From an uncultured Polyangiaceae bacterium (lineage in GTDB: Bacteria; Myxococcota_A; Polyangia; Polyangiales; Polyangiaceae), in contig CAZSVU010000005.1 in the NCBI GenBank assembly GCA_964610275.1, positions 484 to 64,483 on the forward strand: a stretch of 64,000 bases of DNA, given 5' to 3'. How positions within the stretch are numbered: position 1 is the stretch's first letter; each line of letters opens with the position of its first letter. The notes under the pieces were generated by a model. It searched no databases, had not been told where the DNA came from, and worked only from the letters and a program-made list of their open reading frames with translations. The translations under genes and the position numbers were made by a program. This document shows, in pieces, positions 52,798 through 60,538 of this stretch.

Positions 52798-53409
52798 TCA
52801 AAACAGACCGGAGATGGTGCCGGCGTCGTCGACGTCGATCTTCAGCGCGGCGGGTTGTTTGGCCAGGCCGGGCATCGTCACCACGTCCCCGGGGTACACC
52901 ACAACGTAGATCTTCTGACTGATGGCCGTGATCTTGTCGACGATGGACGCGTCGAGCGGGTACTGGAACTCGAGCTCTGACGGCTGCTCGCAAAGCTCGC
53001 AGACTTTGTTCGCGAGCTCAGTCCCTCCGGCGCCCCCTGACTCTCGATAGTCCGTCACCAGCGCCTCCACGCCCGCCGCCCGACAGGCGCGTTGGATGTC
53101 GAGCAGGTCCTCGTCCGGGTCGCCGAGGAAGAGATTGATGGACACGAGCACCGGCAGGTACTTCTGAACCGAGAGCTCGAGGCCGGTGTCCTCGGCGAGA
53201 TCCTTCACCATGGCGGAGAGGTCCTCCAGGCGAAGCTCGGTGTCGGAAAGATCCACCACCATATACAGGGTAGACAGCCCGTGCAGCACGTCTTGCCGCA
53301 GATCCACGATGCTGCCACCGGCCTTGCCGATGGGCGCCGTGATGGTGCCCACCAGCCCCACCGCGTCGTGGCCGTGACCCTGAACGATGTACAGCCGCTG
53401 TCGCGCCAT
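52798..53409 (-). CDS. ACT-domain protein fused to a truncated, internally deleted formate-tetrahydrofolate ligase C-terminal segment
   Basis: ATG 53409 is preceded by GAGGAGGAG. Residues 1-85 are ACT-like (RLYIVQGHGHDAVGLVGTITAPIGKAGGSIVDLRQDVLHGLSTLYMVVDLSD...). Residues about 90-203 (…VLVSINLFLGDPDEDL…ESGGAGGTELANKV…IVDKITAISQKIY…VVTMPGLAKQPAALKIDVDDAGTISGLF) match my recollection of the FTHFS C-terminus. About 70 aa appear to be missing before the TMPGLP motif. Confidence 0.6.
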   Translation of the reverse strand: MARQRLYIVQGHGHDAVGLVGTITAPIGKAGGSIVDLRQDVLHGLSTLYMVVDLSDTELRLEDLSAMVKDLAEDTGLELSVQKYLPVLVSINLFLGDPDEDLLDIQRACRAAGVEALVTDYRESGGAGGTELANKVCELCEQPSELEFQYPLDASIVDKITAISQKIYVVVYPGDVVTMPGLAKQPAALKIDVDDAGTISGLF

Positions 53410-53615
53410 TGGCTCTCCTCCTCTGTGGCCCGGGGAGGAGCATTCTATACTGGTTGGAAGTTGGTCGACGAAAAAGGGGGAACGGCCGCTGTGCTGGAGC
53501 GCGACCCCCCCGACGACCCCGCTGCTTCGCGCGATTGTGTGTTCTCCGCTGGGCACGCGCCGTGCACTTGAGAAGAGCGTACCGCGGGAGCTACTCTGAC
53601 GCGGCGGAGCGCGCG

Positions 53616-53855
53616 ATGAGATGGGTACTGGCAGCAGCGGTCGTGGCACTTTCGAGTGTCTGTCTTGCGCAGGTGAACGTCGAGCCGCTGCCCGACCGGT
53701 TGGAGGACGCGGGCTTCGCGTTTCAGCTCGACAGACGGAGTACCGTGGTGGGGCCCCACCCCAAACCCGTTGCGCCAGGTCCCGGCGCACCTAGCGCTGC
53801 GAACTACCTAGACATCGTCGGTGCTGACGCCCCTCGCGTGCGGCAGTTCGTTTGA
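53616..53855 (+). CDS. Possible short secreted protein or truncated gene remnant
   Basis: MRWVLAAAVVALSSVCLAQ looks like a signal peptide and is followed by only about 60 aa. It is the internal start of the 53409..53855 ORF. No SD was checked convincingly. Confidence 0.2.
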   Translation: MRWVLAAAVVALSSVCLAQVNVEPLPDRLEDAGFAFQLDRRSTVVGPHPKPVAPGPGAPSAANYLDIVGADAPRVRQFV

Positions 53856-54139
53856 CGCCATCCAGACGCGGCGCTTCGCTGTCCGGGTGAGGCCGTGGGC
53901 AGCCGTGATGGGCGCGGCAGAACTCGCGCCTGGTGATCCGGCTTTGGTGTCGGAGGAGGCGGACCGGAATTGTCCAGTCTCGCCGCAAGTGCATCGCGAG
54001 GATATCCCGAGATCCGCGTTCGACATGGACGGTGGCCAAGCTCTGCGACATGCTTGCGGCACCTCCTCCCGCACCGAGGACTGTGCGGCACTTGGCGCGA
54101 GAGAGGCATCAGACAGGCGTGAACTGACCGGGAGGCACC

Positions 54140-55078
54140 ATGCGCACTCGCTTCATGGTTGCGGGTTTGTCATTGGCGTTGCTGTGTTCGTGTGGCTCAG
54201 AGTCCGACGATTCCGAGGTCGCTGGCGACGAGAATACCGGTGGCAGTGTTGGCAGCGGCGGGGGCTCATCCGCGAGCGACGGAGGCTCGAATCCGGTTGG
54301 AACAGGAGGCGGAGCGAACCCGAGTGGAAGCGGCGGGAGCTCGAACCCAACCGGATCCGGCGGGGGCGCTACCCTCGGCTGCGACCGGGCGGGTCTGGAG
54401 GCGGCGGCCAGCAGCTACATCGCGGCCTTGCAGGCCGGGGATCCATCGATCCTGTCACTGGCCGTCGGAGCGACCTACGTTGAGAATGATTCCTCCTCCG
54501 CGTTCGGGCAGGGGGTCTGGCAGGCCCCCGTGCCCGTGGACTTTCACCGGAACCTTCTCGACGTCCAACGCTGTGGGACCTTCACCGAAGTGATCTCCGC
54601 CAGCGCGAGCCACCAGTACGTTCTCGGAGCTCGGCTGCAGGTCGAAGACAGTGAGATCACCGAAGTCGAGGTGGTGGCCACGGATGACGGCGACTGGCTG
54701 TTCGACGCTGACGCTTACCTGCAGTACTCGTCCGGCGAGGACTGGTCGCTGGTGCCCGAGGGCGAACGGCTCAGCTACGACGAGCTCCGCGACGCGGCGT
54801 ACTCCTACTTCGAATACTGGGCCGACAGGTCGGTACAGGTGCCCTGGGGTACGCCGTGCGCCCGCCTGGAGGGCGGTGCCTATACGGGCGACTTTCCCAA
54901 CTCGAGCTGCGATGTTGGCATCCCCGACCAGGGCTTTGCTCCCCAACCACGCGACCATCTCGTCGACGTGGACTACGGAATGGCGGTGTTGCTCTTGAAT
55001 CTGGGTGGGGCCGATACCCACCTCTTCCGGGTGCTCAACACGGGGATTCGGTACGTGCACACGCTGACGGTGCAGTAG
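54140..55078 (+). CDS. Lipoprotein of unknown function
   Basis: MRTRFMVAGLSLALLCSC (lipobox) is followed by a Gly/Ser-rich linker (GGSVGSGGGSSASDGGSNPVGTGGGANPSGSGGSSNPTGSGGGA). A roughly 230-aa globular part follows with no motif I recognise. Confidence 0.7.
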   Translation: MRTRFMVAGLSLALLCSCGSESDDSEVAGDENTGGSVGSGGGSSASDGGSNPVGTGGGANPSGSGGSSNPTGSGGGATLGCDRAGLEAAASSYIAALQAGDPSILSLAVGATYVENDSSSAFGQGVWQAPVPVDFHRNLLDVQRCGTFTEVISASASHQYVLGARLQVEDSEITEVEVVATDDGDWLFDADAYLQYSSGEDWSLVPEGERLSYDELRDAAYSYFEYWADRSVQVPWGTPCARLEGGAYTGDFPNSSCDVGIPDQGFAPQPRDHLVDVDYGMAVLLLNLGGADTHLFRVLNTGIRYVHTLTVQ

Positions 55079-55351
55079 GTACTGGGGAACGGGCGAGGGC
55101 GCGGCGGTCGATCGGTGCTGCTTGCGCGCGGTCATGGCGCAGGCTCTTCGAGGAACTGAGTAGGCCCGGCGCGCCGCGTGGAGAAAGGTGCCGACCAGTG
55201 AGCCGAGGTGCCCGACGCAAAGCAAGTCGGGTGCCCACTCCAGGGTTGTTGCGGCACGATGGCCACGGGTCGCGGCAGCACGCCAGGCGCGATCGCGTTT
55301 TCAGCCGGGGCGGGTGCCACACGCTTGCGCTGCCGTCTGAACGGACAAACA

Positions 55352-55594
55352 ATGAACGTGATGGCCGACGAGACCCGAGCCAGGCCGGATGAGGCGCCGA
55401 CCAAGGTGATCGGTCGTCGAAGGGCGCCACGGCCGGGCCTCGCGCAGGCCGCACCGTTTCTGGAACTGGTGGTCGCGCTGCGTGGGAAGCGGCCGTTCGT
55501 GCCGCGTGGAGTGCACCGGTTTGCGAGCTTCGAGGAGAGTCAGGAGTGGTCGCTGAAGATGATGGCACGCTCGAGTCGCGACCCCCGACCCTGA
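55352..55594 (+). CDS. Possible small basic protein upstream of, and overlapping, the nucleotidyltransferase-like gene
   Basis: MNVMADETRARPDEAPTKVIGRRRAPRPG...RGVHRFASFEESQEWSLKMM... It overlaps the next ORF by 49 nt, so one of the two start or stop assignments may be wrong. Confidence 0.3.
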   Translation: MNVMADETRARPDEAPTKVIGRRRAPRPGLAQAAPFLELVVALRGKRPFVPRGVHRFASFEESQEWSLKMMARSSRDPRP

Positions 55595-56037
55595 ACGACC
55601 TCGTTGCGCTCTGCGGGCGCCTCAACGACGCAGAGGCGAGGTATGTGGTGATCGGGGGGATGGCGGTGATCCAAGCAGGCTTCGTGCGCGCCACCGAGGA
55701 CATCGACCTGCTCATCGATGCGTCTCCGGACAACGTTCAGAAGGTCAGGCGCGCGCTGGCGCAGTTGCCTGACGGTGCTGCACAGGAGCTGTCTGACGAC
55801 GACGTGGAACGCTACACGGTGGTGCGCGTGGCGGACGAAATTGTCGTCGACCTTCTCAAGCTGGCCTGTGGTGTCACCTACGACGACGCCAAGTCCGACG
55901 TCGAACACGTCACCATTGACGGGGTCCGAATCCCGTTTGCCACGCCAGAGCTGCTCTGGCGAACCAAGCAGACCGTTCGCGACAAGGACGTGCTCGACCG
56001 TACGTTTCTGGCTCGACTGCTGGGCAAGTCAGCGTAG
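55546..56037 (+). CDS. Minimal nucleotidyltransferase-fold protein (toxin-antitoxin-type NTase-like)
   Basis: ...RYVVIGGMAVIQAGFVRATEDIDLLID... is the G-G-x9-13-D-x-D pattern of small nucleotidyltransferases. The protein is 163 aa. The GTG start sits directly after AGGAG, which is poor spacing, so the N-terminus is uncertain. Confidence 0.5.
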   Translation: MVAEDDGTLESRPPTLNDLVALCGRLNDAEARYVVIGGMAVIQAGFVRATEDIDLLIDASPDNVQKVRRALAQLPDGAAQELSDDDVERYTVVRVADEIVVDLLKLACGVTYDDAKSDVEHVTIDGVRIPFATPELLWRTKQTVRDKDVLDRTFLARLLGKSA

Positions 56038-56503
56038 CCGCGCCACCAACACCGGGCCATGATGGATCGGATCGTGGCGGGCGCGCAGTGTTCATCTACC
56101 TCCTCGCCGGCACATACACCGCCCCGCGGTCGAGCCCGCGAAGGCTCGACCGCATCCAGGCGGGTGGCGCCTTCCGAAACCTCCTCCGTTGCCACGCCGT
56201 CTCAACCCCGAGGCTCATCCCCATGAGCCTCAGCGCGGAACCCTGGTGGCGCTCTGGCACCGCCGCAGCGGGCTAGATCAGGGAGCCCGAATGTCGATCA
56301 CTGTCTTCGAGCACGCCGTTTGGGATCCCACTCGTGGGGAGGAGTCTGGGGAAGACCCCGAAAAGGCAATGGCAATTTGGGTCGAGTACACGCGCGGCTC
56401 TCTGAGTTCTTGCGAGCCCTCACCCTGCGGGTGGTCGCAGGACCGTTCGAGGATCGCGCTGGCTGATTCAGCCCCGCCCGGTACGTGACACTCGCGTCTC
56501 GCG

Positions 56504-57130
56504 TCAGTCGTCGCCCAGCGTATCGGTCAGGAACGCGCACATCGCACCGAAAGCCCGTCGGTCGACGTCCGCTTGTGTTTCACTCGCGGCCTGCAGCGCT
56601 CGCTTTCCGACTTCGAGGGAATGGCTGCCGCCTTCGACGACGAAGAGCGAACTCTTGGCCTTCATCTTTTTGCGTACGCCCTCGAGCGCGTCGAGTGGGC
56701 ACAGCGAGTCGCGCGATCCCTGCACGAAGAGGATGGGAGTGTCCAGCTGCCTGAGGACCTCGTCGCGGAGTTGCGCGCGTTGGCTCATTCCGCGCAATGG
56801 GTAGCCCAGGCAGATCACTGCCGGCACGCGTTCTTCCAGTGCCAGGTGACAGCCCACCCGGGACCCCATGCTCTTGCCCACCAGCACCACTGGGCGCCGG
56901 CTTCGTCCGCGTGCAGCTGCGAGGGCCGCTCGGTGGGCTTCAATCAGCACCGGCAGCTTGTCCGGAGCCTTTCTCCCGGCTTGCATGTACGGGTAGTCGA
57001 AGGGCACCACTCGACCCAGCTTCCCGAGTAGCTCCGCCCACTTCACCATCCACGGATGAGAGGACGGAGCGCCAGCACCGTGCGCGAAGAGCAGGATGGG
57101 CTTTCCGGCCATCTTGCCCGGATCGGTCAC
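56504..57130 (-). CDS. Alpha/beta hydrolase (dienelactone-hydrolase / KANL3-Tex30-like)
   Basis: PILLFAHGAGAPSSHPWM..., nucleophile elbow VLVGKSMGSRV, ...FVQGSRDSLCP..., ...GGSHSL. Confidence 0.75.
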   Translation of the reverse strand: MTDPGKMAGKPILLFAHGAGAPSSHPWMVKWAELLGKLGRVVPFDYPYMQAGRKAPDKLPVLIEAHRAALAAARGRSRRPVVLVGKSMGSRVGCHLALEERVPAVICLGYPLRGMSQRAQLRDEVLRQLDTPILFVQGSRDSLCPLDALEGVRKKMKAKSSLFVVEGGSHSLEVGKRALQAASETQADVDRRAFGAMCAFLTDTLGDD

Positions 57131-57636
57131 GGCGCGACGATGCGCCCGGGCGCCCCGTTGGCCCCGGCCTCGGTGTGGCAGGTGTTGCAGGAGGCTTCGG
57201 AGAACTCGCTTGCCATCGCGTTCTCTTGACCACCCGAGACCACTCGGACCGTGTACGGCGGAGCGGGACTCGAGCCGGCGCTCAACGTGAAGTTGCCAGC
57301 CGCGTTGCTCGTCATCGAGAAGACCTCACCATTCGAGTCGGTGAGCTCGATAGTGGCGCCCGCCATCCCAAAGCAGTCGTTCGCCTGCCCCGACTCGGAA
57401 AACACCGTTCCGGCGACGGCGAAGCTCGGCCCTTCCCCGCGCTCTTGGTGACAGCCGATGCAGTCACGCCCCGGATGCATCAGCGGGCTTTCCTCGTCAC
57501 CACCGCCCCATTGTCTGCCGCTCGCACACACGTCGGTGGACACGTCGTTGATTGCCACTTCATCTTCCTGTTCGCTGTCCTCAAAACCGCAGGCGAAGGC
57601 GAGAAGGAATACGACAGGATAGATCGAGTACCGCAT
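57127..57636 (-). CDS. Lipoprotein with two CxxCH haem-binding motifs
   Basis: MRYSIYPVVFLLAFAC (lipobox). Haem motifs CIGCH and CNTCH. The central stretch is carboxypeptidase-regulatory-like (GATIELTDSNGEVFSMTSNAAGNFTL). The 3' end overlaps the hydrolase start by 4 nt. Confidence 0.7.
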   Translation of the reverse strand: MRYSIYPVVFLLAFACGFEDSEQEDEVAINDVSTDVCASGRQWGGGDEESPLMHPGRDCIGCHQERGEGPSFAVAGTVFSESGQANDCFGMAGATIELTDSNGEVFSMTSNAAGNFTLSAGSSPAPPYTVRVVSGGQENAMASEFSEASCNTCHTEAGANGAPGRIVAP

Positions 57637-57992
57637 CGACTGAGTGTCCCACCCGCGGCAGGGTCGTCAAACACGCGGCTGGAACCGGGGATTGAATTGG
57701 ATGAGCGTCGATGGATTCGGTCTCGGTAGTTTGCCTCAGGTGGATCGGGCGTGGTCCGAGGGCTTGGGGGGCACACGCCGAGAGGTTCGTTCATCAGACC
57801 CAACGAGGCGACGCCTTCGGCACGTTGCGCATGGCGCGTCACAGGTAAGCTACTGGAGCCAACTCGTCACAACGCTCTGACCACGCCAGCCAAGCAAGCG
57901 CGCAGAGAACGGACTTCTGGTGGTCTCGGGTTGAGAGGGCGCCCTTGAACAGCCGTGCCGGGCTCTGAGAAAACCGCTACCATGTCGCCACC

Positions 57993-58787
57993 GTGTCTGA
58001 TCTCGACCTGCACTCCATCCGACTCTTCCTGTTCGACGTGGACGGCGTCTTCCTCGCTGGCAAGACCAGCCCGCGCCTGATCTCCGGTCGGCGCGCGATC
58101 GCGGCACTGCGAGTGCGCAACTTGCCGTTCCGTCTGCTCACCAACACCTCCACCCATCCGCGATCCCATCTGGCAGAAACGCTTCAGAACCTCGGAGTTG
58201 GGGTAGAGCCCGGAGAGATCCACTCTGCGCTCGAGACCACGATCGCGGTGGCAGCGCGGCGCTTTCCCGGTGGTCGCTGCCTCGTCGTGGGCGAAGCCGG
58301 CATGCGAGACCTCGCAGCTCGGTCGGGTCTCGAGCTCGTCGATGAGGCGCCCGCCGATGTGGTGCTGGTCGGTCTCACCCGCGAAGCCAACTACGAGCTC
58401 TTGTCTGCCGCGGCGCGCTGTCTCGTGCGGGGCGCGGCACTGCTCGGCGCGCATCGAAACAAGCTCTGGCGAGACGAGAAGGGTCGCGCGCTGTCCTGTG
58501 GCCCTTGGGTGGCTGCGCTGGAGTACGCCACTGGGGTACAGGCTGAGACCTTTGGCAAGCCCTCCGGTGCATTCTTCGACGAGGCGTGCGAGCCACTCGG
58601 TATCCCCGCATCATCCACTCTCATGATTGGAGATGACGCCACCGTGGATGTCCGTGGCGCGCAGGCGGCGGGCCTCCGCGCCGGCCTCGTGCTCACCGGG
58701 AAGACCAGCCGCGATGACATCGTCCGGCTCGGGATCAGCCCTGAACTCGTCCTCGAGGAAGTGGACGACCTGGTCGAGCTACTGTAG
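57993..58787 (+). CDS. HAD-superfamily hydrolase, subfamily IIA-like
   Basis: GTG start. Motifs: FLFDVDGVFL (DxDG nucleophile motif), LLTNTS, GKPSGAFF, MIGDDATVDVRGA. Confidence 0.8.
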   Translation: MSDLDLHSIRLFLFDVDGVFLAGKTSPRLISGRRAIAALRVRNLPFRLLTNTSTHPRSHLAETLQNLGVGVEPGEIHSALETTIAVAARRFPGGRCLVVGEAGMRDLAARSGLELVDEAPADVVLVGLTREANYELLSAAARCLVRGAALLGAHRNKLWRDEKGRALSCGPWVAALEYATGVQAETFGKPSGAFFDEACEPLGIPASSTLMIGDDATVDVRGAQAAGLRAGLVLTGKTSRDDIVRLGISPELVLEEVDDLVELL

Positions 58788-58863
58788 CGGCGGCACTTTC
58801 CCATTCGCGGCTTGGTCCCTGCCGGCGGTGGGTGATACCCTGCCATGCAGGAGGCGACGCGAC

Positions 58864-59133
58864 GTGGGCGAGGTCATTTCCTTCACTTGCACTGGTTGCG
58901 GGTACCGCGCTGAGCGCCTCCCGTTGGGGCCGGCGCCGCACCCCGATCGATTCGACCCGGTGCTGGCGAGTTGCGCCGCGTGCAAGCGGCTCACGGTCGT
59001 ACACCGCCCCAAGGTGGGGGCCGGCTGTCCCAAGTGTGGCAGCGCGCTCAGAGTCGAAGATGAGACCGAGACCGTCGACTGTCCGCGGTGCGGCAGCAGG
59101 CTCGAACGCGAGCTGGCCGCGATCTGGGATTGA
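58864..59133 (+). CDS. Possible 89-aa double zinc-ribbon protein
   Basis: From GTG 58864 the product is VGEVISFTCTGCGY...ASCAACKRL...GAGCPKCGSAL...VDCPRCGSRL, with four CxxC pairs. The start codon is uncertain. Confidence 0.4.
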   Translation: MGEVISFTCTGCGYRAERLPLGPAPHPDRFDPVLASCAACKRLTVVHRPKVGAGCPKCGSALRVEDETETVDCPRCGSRLERELAAIWD

Positions 59134-59317
59134 AGGGTTTCGAGCGAGCGCAATCCCCACGCCGCGTTTCGAAACCGTGTGCCCACGGTACACACGAGGC
59201 GGCATCACGCAGCCCGCGCTTGGGCGCAGTCGGATGGGCAGCGGTGAGCACCTCAGCGCGCACCACTGCCCCGTCGTTCGGCTGGACTCCACGATCTCAT
59301 CGAGACCGCGTGCAAGC

Positions 59318-60184
59318 TCAAACCTCGGCGCCCGTCACCACATTGAACGCCTTGACGACCGGTGGATTGTCACCGACTGCCACGGAAATCCTGATTTCCG
59401 CGTACTGCAGCGACAGCGTCTCGACCGAAGCTTCGCTGAGCGCGCCGCTGTTGCCGACCTCGTACCCGGACACGAGTATTTGCTTGAGCCTGTACTCGGT
59501 CGTGGTGACCACGCCACCAGTCTCGCTGACGAGCGTGATGAGCGCTTCGGGAATGTGGGTGCCTGTCGCAGTGTTCAGCAGCAGTAGGGGGGACGAAGCG
59601 TCGATTCTCTTCGTGACTTTGAATTCGGTGAATTCCGACCTGCCGGCGCTGGCTCCCGTGGCCACGTGGTCGGTGTCGACCTGCGCTGCCCCGAGCCCAA
59701 ACGAGAGGATCGGGATGTCGTCGCCTAGCCCCGCAAGCTTGATGGTGCCCACGACATCCTGGTTCTGCGAAAGTGGTCCGTAGCCGGGTGGACCAGCGGG
59801 TCCCTCCGGTCCTTCCGGGCCCTCCGGTCCGGGCGGACCTGCCGCGCCCGGGCTTCCAGTCAGGCCTTGAGCCCCCTGCGGCCCGGGCGGACCAGCGGGT
59901 CCCTCGGCTCCCGGTTCACCGGCGGGTCCTGCAGGACCTGCCACACCTGCCGGACCCTGAGGCCCGACCTGGTTCCACTGCACCGGGGTCTCTCTGCGCC
60001 CGCATGCCGCCCTCTCGGACACGATGCGGACGCGGCCTGAGCCCTCGTCGACGCAAGCGCGAATCACCCCGTCTGGTCCCACGATGGCTGCGCTGGCCAC
60101 GGCGGCCAGCCCGAGCGCCGTGAGCATGCCCAACAGACCGACGACCACGCGACCACGCTTCGATTTGGGGAACGACAAACGCAT
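59318..60184 (-). CDS. Secreted collagen-triple-helix-repeat protein with C-terminal Hcp-like (T6SS tube / phage tube fold) domain
   Basis: AGGAGG lies 7 nt before ATG 60184. The N-terminus is a signal/anchor ([21 protein letters not shown]). There are 20 uninterrupted G-X-Y triplets (aa 74-133, nt 59786..59965). The C-terminal 150 aa or so (…[12 protein letters not shown]…[39 protein letters not shown]…[14 protein letters not shown]…[14 protein letters not shown]…) aligns by eye with Hcp1 (…IDVLAWSWGMSQ…VNVQDLSFTKYIDKSTPNLMMACSSGKHYPQAKLTIR…LKEVLVSSVS…NVTLNFAQVQVDY). Confidence 0.8.
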   Translation of the reverse strand: MRLSFPKSKRGRVVVGLLGMLTALGLAAVASAAIVGPDGVIRACVDEGSGRVRIVSERAACGRRETPVQWNQVGPQGPAGVAGPAGPAGEPGAEGPAGPPGPQGAQGLTGSPGAAGPPGPEGPEGPEGPAGPPGYGPLSQNQDVVGTIKLAGLGDDIPILSFGLGAAQVDTDHVATGASAGRSEFTEFKVTKRIDASSPLLLLNTATGTHIPEALITLVSETGGVVTTTEYRLKQILVSGYEVGNSGALSEASVETLSLQYAEIRISVAVGDNPPVVKAFNVVTGAEV

Positions 60185-60538
60185 CTAGCACCTCCTGTGG
60201 GTGCGGAACCTACATCGGTACAGATCCGTTCGTCCAGGGGAAGACAGAGCCCACGCAGGCGTCCGATTCGATGGAATTTTCGGCTGCGGGGTGACGGCCT
60301 TGGTTCACCCAACAGAGCACTAGTGCCCTGTCTCGGAAGTAACAATCCATGAACGCGCCGTACCGCATGATTGTGGGACTCCCAGGTGGCTGTCGAGATA
60401 GGGCACATGACGCACCGAAGGTGCCGCATGAAAGACAGGGTGCTCTGGCTAGATCGCAGCGGAGCTGTCCTCCGCCGGGCCGCCACCCTCGCGTTCGGCC
60501 CGGCGGAGGACAACGATTGCGACTTGTGAGACACAGCA

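Noticed and set aside
54093-54108. Sigma-54-like TGGCGCGAGAGAGGCA, 32 nt upstream of the lipoprotein gene 54140
   Set aside because: GG and GC are in register, but the -12 region lacks the TT of TTGC and the -24 box is TGGCGC. This is too weak to call without a PWM score. It is worth scoring if a genome-wide scan is run.
56291-56488. 65-aa ORF (MSITVFEHAVWDPTRGEE...) in the 466-nt gap after the NTase-like gene
   Set aside because: It has a weak SD-like GGGAG, but third-position GC is low for this genome and there is no motif. I cannot support it as a gene from sequence alone.
60411-60426. Minus-strand CGGCACCTTCGGTGCG upstream of the collagen-Hcp gene
   Set aside because: It is only a partial -24/-12 match (cGGCAC / gTGC) and would imply a leader of about 215 nt. 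That is not enough evidence.
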